The notes below the pieces were generated by a model, which saw nothing but the letters and a program-made list of their open reading frames with translations, was not told the DNA's origin and did not search any database. The position numbers were made by a program, and so were the translations under genes. DNA of 34,001 nucleotides, taken from contig JARFOE010000176.1 of the NCBI GenBank assembly GCA_031763465.1, forward strand, positions 14,405,217 to 14,439,217, written 5' to 3'. Positions 9,072-20,221 of the stretch are shown here, in pieces (the first letter of the stretch is position 1; the number at the start of each line of letters is the position of its first letter). Origin of the DNA: Squatina squatina (lineage: Eukaryota).

Positions 9072-9470
9072 CATAGATTCACACAGCACGGGAGACCATT
9101 CGGCCCATCGTGCCCGTGCCAGCTCTTTGAAAGAGCTCTCCAATTAGTCCCACTCTCAAGTGCTCTTTCCTCATTGCCCTGGAAAACCTTCCCCTTCAAC
9201 TAATTATCCAATTCCCTTTTGAAACTAATTATTGAACCTGCTTCCAGTGTCTGTTCAGGCACCATTCCAGATCACAACTCACTGCATAAAAAAATGTCTC
9301 CTTGTCTCCCCACTGGTTCTTTTCCCAATTATCTGAAATCTGTGTCCTTTGGTTATCAACTTTCCCACCAGTAGAAACAGTTACTCCCCATCAAAGCCCT
9401 TCACAATTTTGAACACCTATATTAAATCTCCCCTTAACCTTCGCAGCTCTAAGAACAACAATCCCAGCTT
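9072..9470 (-). mobile_element. CR1 3' end
   Basis: CCATTCGGCCCATCGTGCC...CTCTTTGAAAGAGC...TATCCAATTCCCTTTTGAAA, the reverse complement of the CR1 tail. Confidence 0.85.
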
Positions 9471-9570
9471 NNNNNNNNNNNNNNNNNNNNNNNNNNNNNN
9501 NNNNNNNNNNNNNNNNNNNNNNNNNNNNNNNNNNNNNNNNNNNNNNNNNNNNNNNNNNNNNNNNNNNNNN

Positions 9571-9958
9571 CTTCGAGCCAGTTCCGCCATTCAATTCGAT
9601 CACAGCTGACCTGTACCTCACCTACTCTTGCCTACCATTGCTCCATATCCCTTGATCCCGTTACATTGCAGAAATCTATCAATCTCCGTTTTGAATTTTT
9701 CGGTTGTCCGCCAGTATCCACAGCCTTTCGGGGGAGAGAGTTCCAGATTCCCACTCCCCTTTTGTGTGAAGAAGTGCTTCTTGACATCACCCCTGAACGA
9801 CCTGGCTCTAATTTTAAGGTTCTTGTTCCAGAAATTGTTTCTCTCTCCATCTACCTTATCAACTCCTTTAATCATTGTCAACACCTTAATCAGACCACCC
9901 CTTAATCTTCTGCACTCAAAGCAATACAAGCTCAGTCTGTGCAACATGCCCTTATAAC
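9571..9958 (-). mobile_element. CR1 3' end (second subfamily)
   Basis: ORF 9618-9947 reads RRLRGGLIKV...KHFFTQ...FKTEIDRFL, the CR1 ORF2 C-terminus. Confidence 0.87.
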
Positions 9959-10417
9959 TTTATTTTTTTTAAATATTATGTAATTCAGCTAAAAAAAACT
10001 TGTGATTGAAAGACGTTGATAGTAGAATTACCTTTTTATTAAGAATCTAACAATTTTCAAAGGGGAAATGTTTTTTTCTCCCCATCAAATCTTTTTAACC
10101 CTGGTTTGAGCAGTGCTCCTGGGAGAGTGGGGAGAAGCGGTGACAATGAATGAATGTAATGATTTAATCTTTTAATAATTCCCCTTATAAATAACAACGG
10201 ATGGCTGAATGACTTCAGCATTATAATTAACTTAGGAGCTGAGGTACCTGATGGGACCATATTCTGTATTCAATCACATCATCAGTTCCTCTCAGTTAGA
10301 TGACAGCCTTGCAATTANNNNNNNNNNNNNNNNNNNNNNNNNNNNNNNNNNNNNNNNNNNNNNNNNNNNNNNNNNNNNNNNNNNNNNNNNNNNNNNNNNN
10401 NNNNNNNNNNNNNNNNN

Positions 10418-10510
10418 GATTACACTTCAAAAACGGTACTGCATTGTCTGTAAAGCACTTTGGGATGTCCTGAGGTTGTGAAAGGCACTATATAAATGCA
10501 AGTCTTTTAT
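10418..10510 (+). mobile_element. Deu-SINE 3' tail
   Basis: TACACTTCAAAA...TGTAAAGCACTTTGGGATGTCCTGAGGTTGTGAAAGGCACTATATAAATGCAAG; same tail at ~19985, ~21885 and ~22736. Confidence 0.8.
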
Positions 10511-10576
10511 CCTCTTCTGACTATAGTAATGTCGATGTTCGTTATTCACTGATTTGAGTTCTGTGTTGACCTGCAG

Positions 10577-10671
10577 CAAGCGACCAATGAGCTGAATAAT
10601 GTGCTACCTATTCTGGAACAGGCGGTAAATGCACTTCAGGCCCTGGATAAGAACGACATTTCAGAGATCAG
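10577..10671 (+). CDS. Axonemal dynein heavy chain (DNAH14/DNAH6-like), 95-nt exon at the stalk coiled coil / microtubule-binding domain junction
   Basis: ctgcAG acceptor and GTGTGA donor. QATNELNNVLPILEQAVNALQALDKNDISEI(R) fits the dynein pattern L..A.P.L..A..AL..LDK.DISEIR; paralog is uncertain. Confidence 0.85.
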
Positions 10672-10789
10672 GTGTGACGTGCTAACCTCCAGCCTCAGTG
10701 TGTGTGCAACAGATGTAACCTTGGTGCTCCAATATAACTGGATAGCCTTGCTGGCGAGACTGACCTTTTCGTTTAAAAAAAAATCCAAT

Positions 10790-11535
10790 TGAATGGTCCA
10801 TTTTTAAAGGGGGCGCAGGAGAGACACCTGGGGGTGCATGTACCCAAACACTTGAAGGTGGCAGGACACTTTGAGAAGGGTGCTGAAAAAGATGGACAGG
10901 ATCCTTTGCTTTATCAACAGAGCAGCTGAGTACAAGAGCAAGCGAGTTATGCTAAAGCTAGATTAAACACTGGTTCGGCCTCAGCTGAAGTTATGGGTCA
11001 AATTCTGGACACTCCACTTTCGGATGTCAAGGCCCTAGACAGGGTGCAAAGGAGATATACTGGAAAGGTTCGAGGGACGAAAGACTTCAGTTGTGGGAGA
11101 GACAAGAGAACCTAGGGTCGTTCTCCTTGCAGCAGAGAAGGTGAAGGGGAGATTTCATTGGCGTGTTCAAAATGGTGAAGGGTTTTGATAGAGTAAATAA
11201 GGAGGAGCTGTTTTCAGTGGCAAAGGGGGCGATAACTGGAGGACACCAATTTAAGGTGATTGGTAAAAGCACCAAAGGGGAGAGGAGGAGAATTTTTTTT
11301 TAGGCAGTGAGTTGTGATCTGGAATGTGCTGCCTGAAAGGACGGTAGAAGCAGATTCAATGATAACTTTCAAAGGTTTTGGATCAATATTTGAGGCAGAA
11401 AAATTAGCTGGGCTGTGAGGAAAGAGCAGGGGAGTGGAATTAATTGGAAAGCTCTTTCACAAAGTCAGTACAGACACGATAAGTTGAATGGCCTCCTTCT
11501 CCTCCCCCAGCGACCTGTGTCAATGACTGTATCTC
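10790..11535 (+). mobile_element. CR1 ORF2 3' part and tail, decayed
   Basis: Remnants YKSKRVML...LVRPQL...QFWTP and GGGGAGTGGAATTAATTGGAAAGCTCTTTCA tail. Confidence 0.85.
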
Positions 11536-11639
11536 TACTNNNNNNNNNNNNNNNNNNNNNNNNNNNNNNNNNNNNNNNNNNNNNNNNNNNNNNNNNNNNN
11601 NNNNNNNNNNNNNNNNNNNNNNNNNNNNNNNNNNNNNNN

Positions 11640-14600
11640 AGCAAGGCTGCGTGAACACGGATAGGACACAGCAATGCTGCATCAACACGGATAGGATACA
11701 GCAATGCTGCATCAACACGGATAGGATACAGCAATGCTGCAGTAACACGGACAGGATACAGCATTGCTGCAGTCGCACAGAGAGGACACAGCAATGCAGC
11801 ATAAAAATGGCCAGGGCACAGCAATGCTGCGTTAACAGAGACAGGACACAGCAATACTGCATTAAGAGGGACAGGACTCAGCAATGCTGCAGTAACACAG
11901 ACAGGACACAGCAAAGCTGCATTAACACGGATAGGATGCAGCAATGCTGCATTCATACGGAGAGGGCACAGCGATGCTGCATGAACAGGTACAGGACACA
12001 GCAATGCTGCACTAACACGGACACAGCAATGCTGCATTAATACGGACAGGACACAGCAATGCTGCATTAATACAGACAGGACACAGCAAGGCTGCATTAA
12101 CACGGGTAGGACACAGCAATGCTGCATTAACATGGACAGGACACAGCAATGCTGCATTAGCAGTGACAGGACACATCAATGCTGCATTAAAACAGACAGG
12201 ACAGAGCAATGCTGCAGTAACATGGACAGGACACAGCAATGTTGCATTATCATGGATAGGACACAGCAATGGTGCATTAACATGGACACAACAATGCTGC
12301 ATTAACATGGACAGGACACAGCAACCCTGCATTAACACGGACAGGACAGAGCCATGTTGCATTAACACGGACAGGACACAGCAACGCTGCTTTAGCATAG
12401 ACAGGCCACAGCAATGCTGCATTAACACGGACACAGCAATGCTGCATTAACACGGACAGGACACAGCAATGCTGCATTAACATGGACAGGACACAGCAAT
12501 ACTGCATTAACATGACAGGACACAGCAATGCTGCATTAACAGGGATAGGACACAGCAATGCTGCATTAACATGGACAGGACATAGCAATGCTGCATTAAC
12601 ACGGACAGGACACAGCAATGCTGCATTAACACGGACAGGACAATGCAATGCTGCATTAACAGGGACAGGACACAGCAATGCTGCATTAACAGGGACAGGA
12701 CACAGCAATGCTGCATTAACAGGGACAGGACACAGCAATTCTGCATTATCAGGGACAGGAGACAGCAATGCTGCATTAAAACGGACAGGACATGGCAATG
12801 CTTCATTAACATGCACAGGACACGGCAATGCTGCATTAACACGGACAGGACACAGCAATGCTGCATTAAGAGGGACAGGACACAGCAATGCTGCATTAAC
12901 AGGGACAGGACACAGCAATGCTTCATTAACATGGACAGGACACAGCAATGCTGCATTAACAGGGACAGGACACAGCAATACTACATTAACAGGGACAGGA
13001 CACTGCAGCACTGCATTAACATGGACAGGACATAGCAATGCTGCATTAACACAGACAGGACACAGCAATCCTCCATTAACAGGGACAGAACACATCAATG
13101 CTGCATTAAGAGGGACAGGATACAGCAGCGCTGCATTAACAGGGACAGGACACAGCAATACTGCATTATCAGGGACAGGACACAGCAATGCTGCATTAAC
13201 GTGGACAGGACACGGCAATGCTTCATTAACATGGACAGGACACAGCAATGTTGCATTAACAGGGACACAGCAATGCTGCATTAACAGGGACACAGCAATG
13301 CTGCATTAACATGGACAGGACACAACGATGCTGGATTTACACGGCAAGGATACAGCAATGCTACATTAACACGGACACAGAAATGCTGCATTAACACGGA
13401 CACATCAATGCTGCATTAACATGGACAGGACACAGCGATGCTGCATTAACATGGACAGGACACAGCGATGCTGCAATAACATGGACCGGACACAGTGATG
13501 CTGCATTAACATGGACACAGCAATGCTGCAATAACATGGACAGGACACAGCGATGCTGCATTAACACGGACACAGCAATGCTGCATTAACACGGACACAG
13601 CAATGCTGCATTAACACAGACAGGACACAGCAATGCTGCATTAACACGGACAGGACACAGCAATACTGCATTAACATGGACAGGACATAGCAATACTGCA
13701 TTAACAGGGACAGGACACAGCAATGCTGCATTAACACGGACAGGACACAGCAATGCTGCATTAACAGGGACAGGACACAGCAATGCTGCATTAATACGGA
13801 AGGACACAGCAATGCTGCATTAACATGGACAGGACACAGCAATGCTGCATTAACAGTGAAAGGACACAGCAATGTTGCATCAACATGGACAGGGCACAGC
13901 CATGCTGCATCAGCACTGAAAGGGCACAGCAATGCTGCATTAACACGGACAGGGCACAGCAATGCTGCATTAACATGGACAGAACACAGCAATGTTGCAT
14001 TACCACAGACACAGCAATGTTGCATTACGGCAGATAGGACACAGCATTGCTACATTAATACGGACACAGCGATGCTGCATTAACACGGACAGGACACAGC
14101 AATGCTACTTTAACATGGAAACTGCAATGCTGCATGAAAATGGACAGGACACAGCAATGCTGCCTTAACATGGACAGGACACAGCAATGATGCATTAATA
14201 CGGACAGGACACAGCAATGCTGCATGAACATGGACAGGACACAGCAATGCTGCATTAACACAGATAGGACAGAGCCATGCTGCATTAACAGGGACAGGGC
14301 ACAGCAATGCTGCATTAATACGTACAGGTCACAGCAATGCTGCATGAAGACAAACAGGACACGGCAATACTACATTAACACGGACACAGCAATGCTGCAT
14401 TAACACGGACAGGAGGCAGCAATGCTGCATTAATACGGACAGGACACAGCAATGCTACTTGAACATGGACAGGACACAGCAAGGCTGCATTAACATGGAC
14501 AGGACACAGCAATGCTACATTAACATGGTTGCTGCAATGCTGCATTAACACGGAGAGGACACAACAATGCGACATTAACACGGACACTGCAGTGCTGCAT

Positions 14601-16426
14601 GGACATGGACAGGACACAGTAATGCTGCCTTAACATGGACAGGACACAGCAATGCTGCATTAACACGGATAGGGCAAAGCCATGCTGCATTAATACGGAC
14701 AGGACACAGCAACGCTGCATGAACACAGACAGGACACAACAATGCTGCATCGACACGGACAGGACACAGCAATGCTGCATCAACACGGACAGGACACAGC
14801 AATGCTGCATTAACACGGATGGGACACAGCAATGCTGCATTAACACTGACAGGACACAGCAATGCTACTATAACATGGACAGGACACAGCAATGCTACAT
14901 TAACATGGTCGCTGCAATGCTGAATTAACACGGAGAGGACACAGCAATGCTACAATAACACAGACACTGTAATGCTGCATGAACAGTGACAGGACACAAC
15001 AATGCGGCCTTAACATGGACAGGACACAGCAATGCTGCATTAACAAGGATAGGGCAGAGCAATGCTGCATTAATACGGAGAGGACACAACAATGCTGCAT
15101 CAACATGGACAGGACACAGCAATGTTGCATTAATATGGACAGGACACAGCAATGCTGCATTAACATGGACTGGACACAGCAATGCTGCATTAACACGGAC
15201 AGGGCAGAGCAATGCTGCATTAACAGTGACAGGATACAGCAATGCTGCATTAACATGGACAGGACACAGCAATGCTGCATCAACATGGACAGGGCACAGC
15301 CGTGCTGCATCAGCAATGAAAGGACACAGCAATGCTGCATTAACAGTGTCAGGACACAGCAATGCTGAATTAACAGTGACAGGATACAGCAATGCTGCAT
15401 TTACACGGACAGGACACAACAATGCTACGTTAACACGGAAACTGCAATGCTGCATGAACAGGGACAGGACACAGCAATGCTGCCTAAACATGGATGGGAC
15501 ACAGCAATGCTACATTAACACGGACACTGCAATGCTACATTAACACGGACACTGCAATGCTACATTAACACGGACACAGCAATGCTGCATTAATACAGAC
15601 AGGGCACAGCAATGCTGCATTAACAGTGACAGGACACACCAATGCTACATTAACAATGACACTGCAATGCTGCATGAACATGGACAGGACACAGCAATGC
15701 AGCCTTAACATGGACAGGACACAGCAATGCTGCATTAACATGGATAGGGCAGAGCCGTGCTGCATTAACAGGGACAGGGCACAGCAAAGCTGCATTAATA
15801 CGGACAGGACACAGCAACGCTGCATGAACAAAGACAGGACACAACAATGCTGCATCAATACGGACAGGACACAGCAATGCTGCATTAATTTCGGACAGGA
15901 CACAGCAATGCTGCATTAATATGGACAGGACACAGCCATGCTGCATTAACAGTGACAGGACACAGCCATGCTGCATCAGCACTGACAGGACACAGCAATG
16001 CTGCATTAACATGGACAGAACACAGCAATGCTGCATTAACAGTGACAGGACACAGCAATGCTGCATTAACATGGACAGGACACAGCAGTGCTACATTAAC
16101 TCGGACACTGCAATGCTGCATGAACAGGGACAGGACACAGCAATGCTGCCTTAACATGGACAGGACACAGCAATGCTACATTTACACGGATAGGACAGAG
16201 CCATGCAGCATTAACAGGGACACGGCACAGCAATGCTGCATGAACACAGACAGGACACAGCAACGCTGCATCAACACGGACACAACAATGCTGCATTAAG
16301 GCAGATAAGACATAGCATTGCTACATTAACACGGACACAGCGATGCTGCATTAACACGGACAGGACACGGCACTGCTACTTTAACAGGGAAACTGCAATG
16401 CTGCATGAACAGGGACAGGACACAGC
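11640..16426. repeat. Satellite / large minisatellite, 30-bp unit GACAGGACACAGCAATGCTGCATTAACACG with 25-bp deletion variants
   Basis: About 160 directly adjacent diverged copies fill the entire contig, with gaps at both ends. Confidence 0.97.
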
Positions 16427-16526
16427 NNNNNNNNNNNNNNNNNNNNNNNNNNNNNNNNNNNNNNNNNNNNNNNNNNNNNNNNNNNNNNNNNNNNNNNNNN
16501 NNNNNNNNNNNNNNNNNNNNNNNNNN

Positions 16527-16732
16527 CACCGCCCTTTCAGGCAGCGCGTTCCAGATCACAACAACTCGCTGCGTAAAAATAAATTCTCCTAATGTCACCG
16601 CTGGCTCCGATGCCAATTAGTTCAAACCTGTGTCTTTTGGTTACTGATCCTTCTCCCAGTGAAAATAGTTTCTCCTTATTTACTCCATTAAAACACTTCA
16701 TGATTTTGAACACCTCTATCAAATCTCCTCTT
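16527..16732 (-). mobile_element. CR1 ORF2 C-terminal fragment
   Basis: LIEVFKIMK...VNKEKLF and FTQRVVVIWNALPERAV on the minus strand. Confidence 0.87.
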
Positions 16733-17410
16733 CATGGACGATAATGTGGCTGAGAAGGATGGGGGTAGTAGCTGTGAAGGGTGCACACGAACAATATTCC
16801 CTTTAAGCTGCGTGGCTGTGCACTCTCGGGGTCCCGCACATGGGTGAGTGCATGTGTAAACTGGGAAGGTTGGAGGAGAGGAGAGATTCGCTGTGAAAGG
16901 GTGGGGAGTTAGATGGGCTGCACTGAATCCTGAGTGGGTAGAGTGCCTTTGTGAACTGTGACTGTGGAATGTTGGAGGTGTGAGAGTGACTGTTGGGCTA
17001 ATGTTTGGCTGAATGATGATCTGGCTGGTCTACTGACAACCCAAATGTTGCTTTGTTCTTCAACTTTTATAAAATTAAAAATCTATTCATTACAAAGCAT
17101 AAAAAGTAACCACAATAAATGTTTTTAATAGAAATAAAAATATCATTTTTTCCCTGCCCTCCCAGGAATGCACCACCAATACCATGCCTTCCGCGCTTGG
17201 ATTTCCTCTTCAAACCTTCATTTCCTGATGTTTCCTGAATACAAATGAGGGAATGTGTAAAAACCACTGAGGGTACAAAGCTTGCTCAATGACTTAATTT
17301 CAGCATTTTTNNNNNNNNNNNNNNNNNNNNNNNNNNNNNNNNNNNNNNNNNNNNNNNNNNNNNNNNNNNNNNNNNNNNNNNNNNNNNNNNNNNNNNNNNN
17401 NNNNNNNNNN

Positions 17411-17508
17411 ATATCAGTCCTGGGTAATCTGATCTCTGTCATGTCCCAGTGATATATCAGTCCTGGCTAATCTGATCTGTGTCATGTCCCAGTGATATAT
17501 CAGTCCTG
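17411..17508. repeat. 43-bp tandem repeat, 2.3 visible copies
   Basis: ATATCAGTCCTGGGTAATCTGATCTCTGTCATGTCCCAGTGAT starting at 17411, 17454 and 17497; truncated by the gap. Confidence 0.9.
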
Positions 17509-17873
17509 ATTAAGCAGAAATGAGTTAAACAATCTCCAATTATTGCCTCATAATTGTCTCAGTGTCGACACATTAAGAACATATTCCGTCCAGTTATTTT
17601 GTGTGAATACAAATCCCCTAAATGTACACTGGGTGAATGCTAATCGAAACCAAGTTTCCATTAAACGCCACCTGTGCCTCTTACATAGATTTTAATGCCA
17701 TCCCATAATAAGCCTGCGCTTATTGTGTTTCTGGCCTGCATGGAGCAAATTTCAGGATTCCGCCTCTCTCGAAACGTGAAATAAAATCAGATTCGAATCA
17801 TGGGTTCAGTATCCAGGGTCAGAGAGAGCAAACTATAAATCAGAGCATCGCTGGCACAGGATAATAAACTGCA

Positions 17874-17993
17874 ACAATCCCAATCCCCAATCCCAATCCC
17901 AATCCCCAATCCCAAACCCAATCCCCAATCCCAAACCCAATCCCCAATCCCAATCCCAATCCCCAATCCCAAACCCAATTCCCCAATCCCAAT
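17874..17993. repeat. (CCCAAT/CCCCAAT/CCCAAA)n simple repeat
   Basis: 6- and 7-bp units in an approximately 19-bp super-period; G-rich on the minus strand. Confidence 0.93.
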
Positions 17994-18090
17994 AATTATA
18001 TAATATGGAACATCGCTGGAACAGGATAATGAGCAGCAATAATCCCAACTCTCCAAAGCCCAAACCTGAATAATAATATAATCCCTCCAT

Positions 18091-18230
18091 GGTCCACACC
18101 ACTCGGTCCAGTGTCAGTCTGATGGACACCAATTGGTCCAGGGACAAAGGCCAGCTTAACGGACAACACTCGGTTCAAGGCTCAAGGATCAAGTCTGATG
18201 GACACCACTCAGTCCAGGGGTCAAAGGTCA
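18091..18230. repeat. Degenerate ~37-39-bp tandem repeat, about 3.5 copies
   Basis: Recurring GTCTGATGGACACCA.TCGGTCCAGGG..CAAAGG.CA-like unit. Confidence 0.6.
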
Positions 18231-18402
18231 TAGAAACAAAGAAAGAAACATAGAAAATAGGAGCAGGAGTCGGCCATTCGGTCCTTCGAGCCTGCTCCAC
18301 CATTCAATATGATCATGGCTGATCGTCTAATTCAGTATCCTGTTCCTGCTTTCTCCCCATATCCCTTGATCCCTTTAGCATTAAGAAATATATCTATCTC
18401 CT
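18228..18402 (-). mobile_element. CR1 3' end, well preserved
   Basis: AGAAACATAGAAAATAGGAGCAGGAGT.GGCCATTCGG..CTTCGAGCCTG...ATTCAATATGATCATGGCT, near-identical to 29833-29909. Confidence 0.87.
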
Positions 18403-18748
18403 NNNNNNNNNNNNNNNNNNNNNNNNNNNNNNNNNNNNNNNNNNNNNNNNNNNNNNNNNNNNNNNNNNNNNNNNNNNNNNNNNNNNNNNNNNNNNNNNNN
18501 NNTGTGGTGCATAAAATCACAATTTTAATGAACTCTCCACTCACCAGCTACACATAAACCTTAAGTGCAACCAGGACAAACGTGGATAAATGATCCAATT
18601 ATAAAGTAACCTCACAAATGTTTTTATGCAAAATTTTGTCTCAAACCTACATCAAATTTACTTACGATTTTCTCTGTATATACTCCAAAAACATAAAGAA
18701 TAGACTCGAACTTGCTTGAATATAAAGGTACATAAAGTGCTTCCTTAC

Positions 18749-18826
18749 CTTCATATGACTGGTGAAGCAATGGTTCAAGGAGGTTCATATATTCTTTCAC
18801 TTGATCAGGTTTTCCCCGAAATACTC
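18749..18826 (-). CDS. PHKB: Phosphorylase kinase regulatory subunit beta, 78-nt phase 1-1 internal exon
   Basis: ttgttttctacAG acceptor and GTAAGG donor. GVFRGKPDQVKEYMNLLEPLLHQSYE against recalled human [26 protein letters not shown]. Confidence 0.88.
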
Positions 18827-19084
18827 CTGTAGAAAACAAGTTATTATTACCTTATTTCATTTGTTCCTAAAAACCACTTACTCTCCAATATTTATCAGCT
18901 TTCCCTTTAATTCATTGTAAAGTTATAGTCATTATAAATAATTCTATATATGAACCATCATTTGTGACAACATTATGCCTGTTAAATATTTTTCACATTA
19001 ATAAGTGATAAAGATAAGGAATCAGATAAAGGAATCTGCAACCCGTATCTGGTCTGGCATAATATATGCAACTCTAACCCATTA

Positions 19085-19800
19085 TATGTGGTTGATCCCT
19101 AATGCTCTCTGAAGTAACACAGCAAACAACCCAACTATAAAATAAAAGGCTACAACGCAGAACAGTAAAATAATTAGAAGGTGGACCTATCACCAATAAC
19201 CCAGGCATCAGATTAAGATAATTCCAGCACAGCCGACAGCCTCTTTGTCAGCATTTAGTCAACTGATGTGAAAGTTGGGAAAGCTGTCCCACAGACTAAT
19301 CAAGCAACAACCTGAGACAGTCATATTCAAAGAGCCAACATCGGATTAGTGTAACTCTGAACCTCATGACATCTCAAACAAAGACTTGGCTGGTTTTGTC
19401 AGTGGTGGGAATACCAAGCCGATGTTGGTGATGAATATTGAAGTACCTCACGCAGAATACATTTTGTGCCCCTGCTTCCCTGCATAGAACTTAATCCGTG
19501 GTATTTAACATGAGGAGTATCGATTTGTCAGTTGAAAAAGAAACGGTAGGTAGTGATCAGCGCCTTCTGCAGAACCTGGACAACATCCAGGCTAAGGCTA
19601 ACAAGTGGCAGCTTACAGTCACTCCACATAAGTGTTAAGCAATGACCATTGCCAAAAAGAAAATGACAACCACCTTGTCCTGGCCTTGAATTCTCTATCT
19701 AATGCCCTCATGGGAGCACAATCACCATAAGAACTGCAGTATTTCACCTTCTCAGGTCAACTAGGAATGATGCCACCCATATTCCAAGAACAAATAAAAA
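19085..19800 (+). mobile_element. Decayed, internally deleted non-LTR retrotransposon (CR1/L2 group)
   Basis: Endonuclease-start-like KLGKLSHRLIKQQPETVIF at 19272, RT-like LQNLDNIQAKANKWQLT..PHKC at 19567, and a tail related to 32287-32372. Confidence 0.65.
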
Positions 19801-19984
19801 CAAATGCTTACTGTTATTTAAATCTAACATTGGTGTTCTTGCTAGGTCATGAGACAATACATAAGCCATTTGTAGAGCCAGTAAGTAGGAAATACATAGC
19901 CATGTTGGTCTAGAGTTGGGACAATGTCGGAGATGTGTATGTGCCAGTTTTGCAATAACTAATCTTTAAAGACTGCAGTATTCT

Positions 19985-20092
19985 TTCCGACATTACAACA
20001 GTGATCACACTTCAAAGGTAGTTAATTGTCTGTAAAGTGCTTTGGGAGGTACTGAGGTGGTGAAAGGCGCTATAGAAATGCAAGTCTTTCTC
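19985..20092 (+). mobile_element. Deu-SINE 3' tail
   Basis: ACATTACAACAGTGA.CACACTTCAAA...GTGAAAGGCGCTATAGAAATGCAAGTCTTTC. Confidence 0.82.
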
Positions 20093-20221
20093 TATAACAA
20101 CCCTGGAATGAAACTCGTGAACCCACAGAAAGTCCTGTGACCCTCACAACACAGCTCCCCTAATCCTGGGCTCAATCCCAGGCATTTCAATAGATTCTGA
20201 CACTGGGGGCTCATTCACTCC

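Noticed and set aside
5268-10671. A novel functional gene cluster (oxidoreductase, LRR protein, kinase, dynein)
   Set aside because: These are single exons of large multi-exon genes on separate contigs; their proximity comes from the assembly and, in part, ordinary synteny.
11640-16426. CRISPR array (30-bp, partly palindromic repeats)
   Set aside because: Units are directly adjacent with no unique spacers, there are no cas genes, and the context is vertebrate.
11440-16592. Cys-rich, keratin-associated, metallothionein-like or ice-binding proteins from the many ORFs (LMQHCCVLSV, VNAALLCPV, TGHSNAALT, DRTQQCCINT)
   Set aside because: All are translations of the same 30-bp unit in different frames and strands. 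The 25-bp and other off-length units shift frames freely, and there is no unique N- or C-terminus or splice structure.
17787-18147. Gly-rich GLGIG / WDWD proteins, or a true telomere
   Set aside because: These are translations of the CCCAAT repeat. The unit is not TTAGGG and the tract is internal and short.
19846-19880. 35-nt AG...GTAAGT mini-exon on the plus strand (GHETIHKPFVEP)
   Set aside because: Antisense to PHKB, not recognisable, and short enough to be chance.
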